Assembly (NCBI GenBank): GCA_964016885.1
Contig: OZ024741.1
Location: forward strand, 356,686,001 to 356,750,000
Direction of reading: 5' to 3'
Source: Eledone cirrhosa
Lineage: Eukaryota
Length of the DNA stretch: 64,000 bases
Of the stretch, positions 63,201-64,000 are shown piece by piece; the stretch's first letter is position 1, and each line of letters opens with the position of its first letter. Below the pieces are notes generated by a model, which saw nothing but the letters and a program-made list of their open reading frames with translations, was not told where the DNA came from and made no database searches. A program made the translations under genes and the position numbers.

Positions 63201-63918
63201 CCCTGTGTGTTGTAACAGGCGAATAAAAGAGTTGGCACCAAGAAATGCATCTAGTGATAAAACTTACCTAATGATGAGTATAAAGCTTATAACAGAGCCT
63301 GCAAAGCTAACCGCCAACTTTAGCAGAGTAGATGTCCTTAAAACGATTGTTGTTATGTTATTGCTCTATGTTGTGCATCTCCATTCTTCTACTGAATAAA
63401 TAGTAATATGGTCCAGTTTAACACAACCTGGCCCTTTGGAGCCTTTAGTAGAGTCCATTGTTTCAAGCTTTTGAGCCAGGTCTCCAGATTGAGGATACCT
63501 TCTTCTCTCCTAATGTCCCCCCACTCACACCATTCTTAAAGGACCTGGAAAGGGTCATGTACACTGTCCTTCGCTCCCTAACTCAACAGTGAAACACAAA
63601 AATTACAATTAACAAATTTTTTTTTCAACAACATTTTATAGAAAATTTACATACCTGGTTCAAGTTCCTCAAGTAATAACAGTAATAGATGCAAAGCTCG
63701 ATGTGCTTTACCAACTGGAAGATAAGCATGAGTATTCAGAGATAATAGAATATCAATTAAAACCAGAAGAAAATCATCTGCTGTCAAACACTCTGTTGTC
63801 TCTTGATCATGTACAGACATTGTTGCTTTTGAAATTGGTAATATACCTGCATCACAGCACAAAAGGAATGTTCTCACTATTTTAATAGCCTCTGTACCAT
63901 CTATAACAGTAACAGTAT
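32719..63918 (-). CDS. TARBP1: TARBP1 / Trm3 tRNA (guanosine-18 2'-O)-methyltransferase; last 18 exons, gene starts right of the window
   Basis: C-terminal SpoU domain: [70 protein letters not shown]. Upstream conserved [32 protein letters not shown]. All exon phases join. Confidence 0.92.
34231..34367 (-). CDS. TARBP1: TARBP1 exon ([10 protein letters not shown]...[10 protein letters not shown]...VLILG)
   Basis: 137 nt, phase 0-2, GT-AG. Confidence 0.93.
35727..35851 (-). CDS. TARBP1: TARBP1 exon ([10 protein letters not shown]...[12 protein letters not shown])
   Basis: 125 nt, phase 1-0. Confidence 0.95.
36935..37123 (-). CDS. TARBP1: TARBP1 exon (DFQKKIMPW...[10 protein letters not shown])
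   Basis: 189 nt, phase 1-1. Confidence 0.92.
37631..38650 (-). mobile_element. Internally deleted Helitron with a Pif1-helicase C-terminal remnant
   Basis: CTAG end at 37631. Reverse strand at about 38060-38280 reads [41 protein letters not shown]...[13 protein letters not shown]. Confidence 0.85.
38651..39051 (-). mobile_element. CR1-type LINE 3' fragment
   Basis: [19 protein letters not shown]...[17 protein letters not shown]; matches the 42410-43364 copy. Confidence 0.88.
39448..39637 (-). CDS. TARBP1: TARBP1 exon ([18 protein letters not shown]...)
   Basis: 190 nt, phase 0-1. Confidence 0.9.
40297..40558. mobile_element. Solo-LTR-like insertion inside a SINE
   Basis: Starts TGTAGTGG; 4-bp TSD gctc at 40293-40296 and 40559-40562 splits a SINE. 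Ends TA rather than CA. Confidence 0.5.
40612..40693 (-). CDS. TARBP1: TARBP1 exon (NATKNTIKL...[10 protein letters not shown])
   Basis: 82 nt, phase 2-0. Confidence 0.92.
41855..42039 (-). CDS. TARBP1: TARBP1 exon (TEFYESAF...[12 protein letters not shown]...)
   Basis: 185 nt, phase 0-2. Confidence 0.9.
42410..43364 (+). mobile_element. 5'-truncated CR1-type LINE (RT C-terminal half plus (ATT)n tail)
   Basis: [50 protein letters not shown]; possible TSD taaaca. Confidence 0.92.
44048..44134 (-). CDS. TARBP1: TARBP1 exon ([20 protein letters not shown]...)
   Basis: 87 nt, phase 0-0. Confidence 0.85.
44974..45123 (-). CDS. TARBP1: TARBP1 exon (SNQEFVW...[12 protein letters not shown]...)
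   Basis: 150 nt, phase 0-0. Confidence 0.9.
45593..45751 (-). mobile_element. Short 3' end of the same RTE subfamily as 524-4986
   Basis: Shares the diagnostic gccagacagtcctatgcgagcaagacaatcac...gcctcaagtggga; possible TSD gaaat. Confidence 0.88.
46163..46397 (-). CDS. TARBP1: TARBP1 exon ([11 protein letters not shown]...[15 protein letters not shown]...)
   Basis: 235 nt, phase 2-0. Confidence 0.92.
46612..47190 (-). mobile_element. Old RTE fragment
   Basis: Reverse strand shows [26 protein letters not shown] and a GAT tail. Confidence 0.75.
48315..48386 (-). CDS. TARBP1: TARBP1 72-nt exon ([25 protein letters not shown])
   Basis: ttttaaag| ... |gtgagt; phase 2-2. This frame differs from the listed ORF 48307..48540 and is the one that joins both neighbours. 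Confidence 0.85.
49507..49679 (-). CDS. TARBP1: TARBP1 exon ([15 protein letters not shown]...[13 protein letters not shown])
   Basis: 173 nt, phase 0-2. Confidence 0.9.
50484..50685 (+). mobile_element. tRNA-derived SINE (plus strand)
   Basis: tggcagtatcggtag...gagttcaaatccc...gcctttcatcc...ggccttgtgccaaaagtagaaacaattattatt. Confidence 0.85.
50800..50985 (-). CDS. TARBP1: TARBP1 exon ([19 protein letters not shown]...)
   Basis: 186 nt, phase 0-0. Confidence 0.87.
51104..51207 (-). mobile_element. Truncated SINE nested in a CR1 3' tail (about 51030-51322), with 14-bp TSD
   Basis: gtacatagaataat at 51090-51103 and 51208-51221. Confidence 0.85.
51496..51905 (+). mobile_element. 5'-truncated Rex3/Expander-like RTE fragment with 12-bp TSD
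   Basis: [36 protein letters not shown], (GAA)n tail; TSD aaggtttttaga at 51484-51495 and 51906-51917. Confidence 0.75.
51932..52186. repeat. 35-bp minisatellite (about 7 units)
   Basis: Unit tttagtatcatagaactagaggcggtttcagacag. Confidence 0.95.
53282..53485. repeat. Imperfect inverted repeat (old MITE)
   Basis: agtttacacttttaccttatatttcatg mirrored by catgaaatataagttacaagtgtaaact. Confidence 0.7.
53755..53989 (-). CDS. TARBP1: TARBP1 exon ([17 protein letters not shown]...[13 protein letters not shown])
   Basis: 235 nt, phase 2-0. Confidence 0.87.
54441..54622 (-). mobile_element. tRNA-derived SINE
   Basis: Same family as 9447. Confidence 0.8.
55725..55915 (-). CDS. TARBP1: TARBP1 exon ([17 protein letters not shown]...)
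   Basis: 191 nt, phase 0-2. Confidence 0.85.
56655..57810 (+). mobile_element. Defective mariner (D,D34D) transposon, 3' TIR missing
   Basis: TA followed by CGAGGGTGGACCGAAAAGTT terminus. Broken transposase: [42 protein letters not shown]. Confidence 0.9.
58024..58346 (-). mobile_element. Possible solo LTR (GC-richer TG...CA segment)
   Basis: TG/CA ends, CTATAAAA on the minus strand, CCGGAAGT motif; no TSD found. Confidence 0.3.
59270..59455 (-). CDS. TARBP1: TARBP1 exon ([12 protein letters not shown]...[11 protein letters not shown])
   Basis: 186 nt, phase 0-0. Confidence 0.8.
61317..62480 (+). mobile_element. Degenerate RTE-type LINE of a third, GC-richer family
   Basis: [34 protein letters not shown]; many frameshifts. 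Confidence 0.8.
62540..62658 (-). CDS. TARBP1: TARBP1 exon ([16 protein letters not shown]...YEIEC)
   Basis: caag| ... |gtaagt; 119 nt, phase 1-0. Confidence 0.8.
63655..63918 (-). CDS. TARBP1: TARBP1 exon ([20 protein letters not shown]...LEELEP)
   Basis: ttttag| ... |gtatgt; 264 nt, phase 1-1. Confidence 0.8.
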
Positions 63919-64000
63919 CTAAAAAGAGTAGAAAGGAAAGTACATTGAAATATAACATTACATTATCGTCATCATTTAATATCCATTTTCCTTGCTAGCA

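Overview
AT-rich, repeat-dense, intron-rich animal genomic DNA. The SINE and RTE families point to an octopus or other coleoid cephalopod (inference). Two host genes lie in tandem on the minus strand. A TARBP1/Trm3-type tRNA G18 2'-O-methyltransferase has 18 phase-consistent exons from 63918 down to the stop at 32719, with its 5' part beyond the window. A mitochondrial-type acetyl-CoA synthetase (ACSS1-like) has 8 coding exons from 19792 to 5574, with its 3' part beyond position 1. Introns and the intergenic space are filled with RTE and CR1 LINEs, tRNA-derived SINEs, hAT/piggyBac/pogo-type MITEs, Helitrons, a dead mariner and three tandem arrays. The most notable object is an apparently intact, full-length RTE LINE (about 524-4986). 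It has a C4HC3 PHD finger spliced into the middle of its reverse transcriptase and a 5' end built from a 495-bp unit with a perfect 163-bp direct repeat. It is inserted in a (TA)n tract next to a Penelope-type hammerhead ribozyme remnant. All calls come from reading the sequence by eye; no database searches were run.
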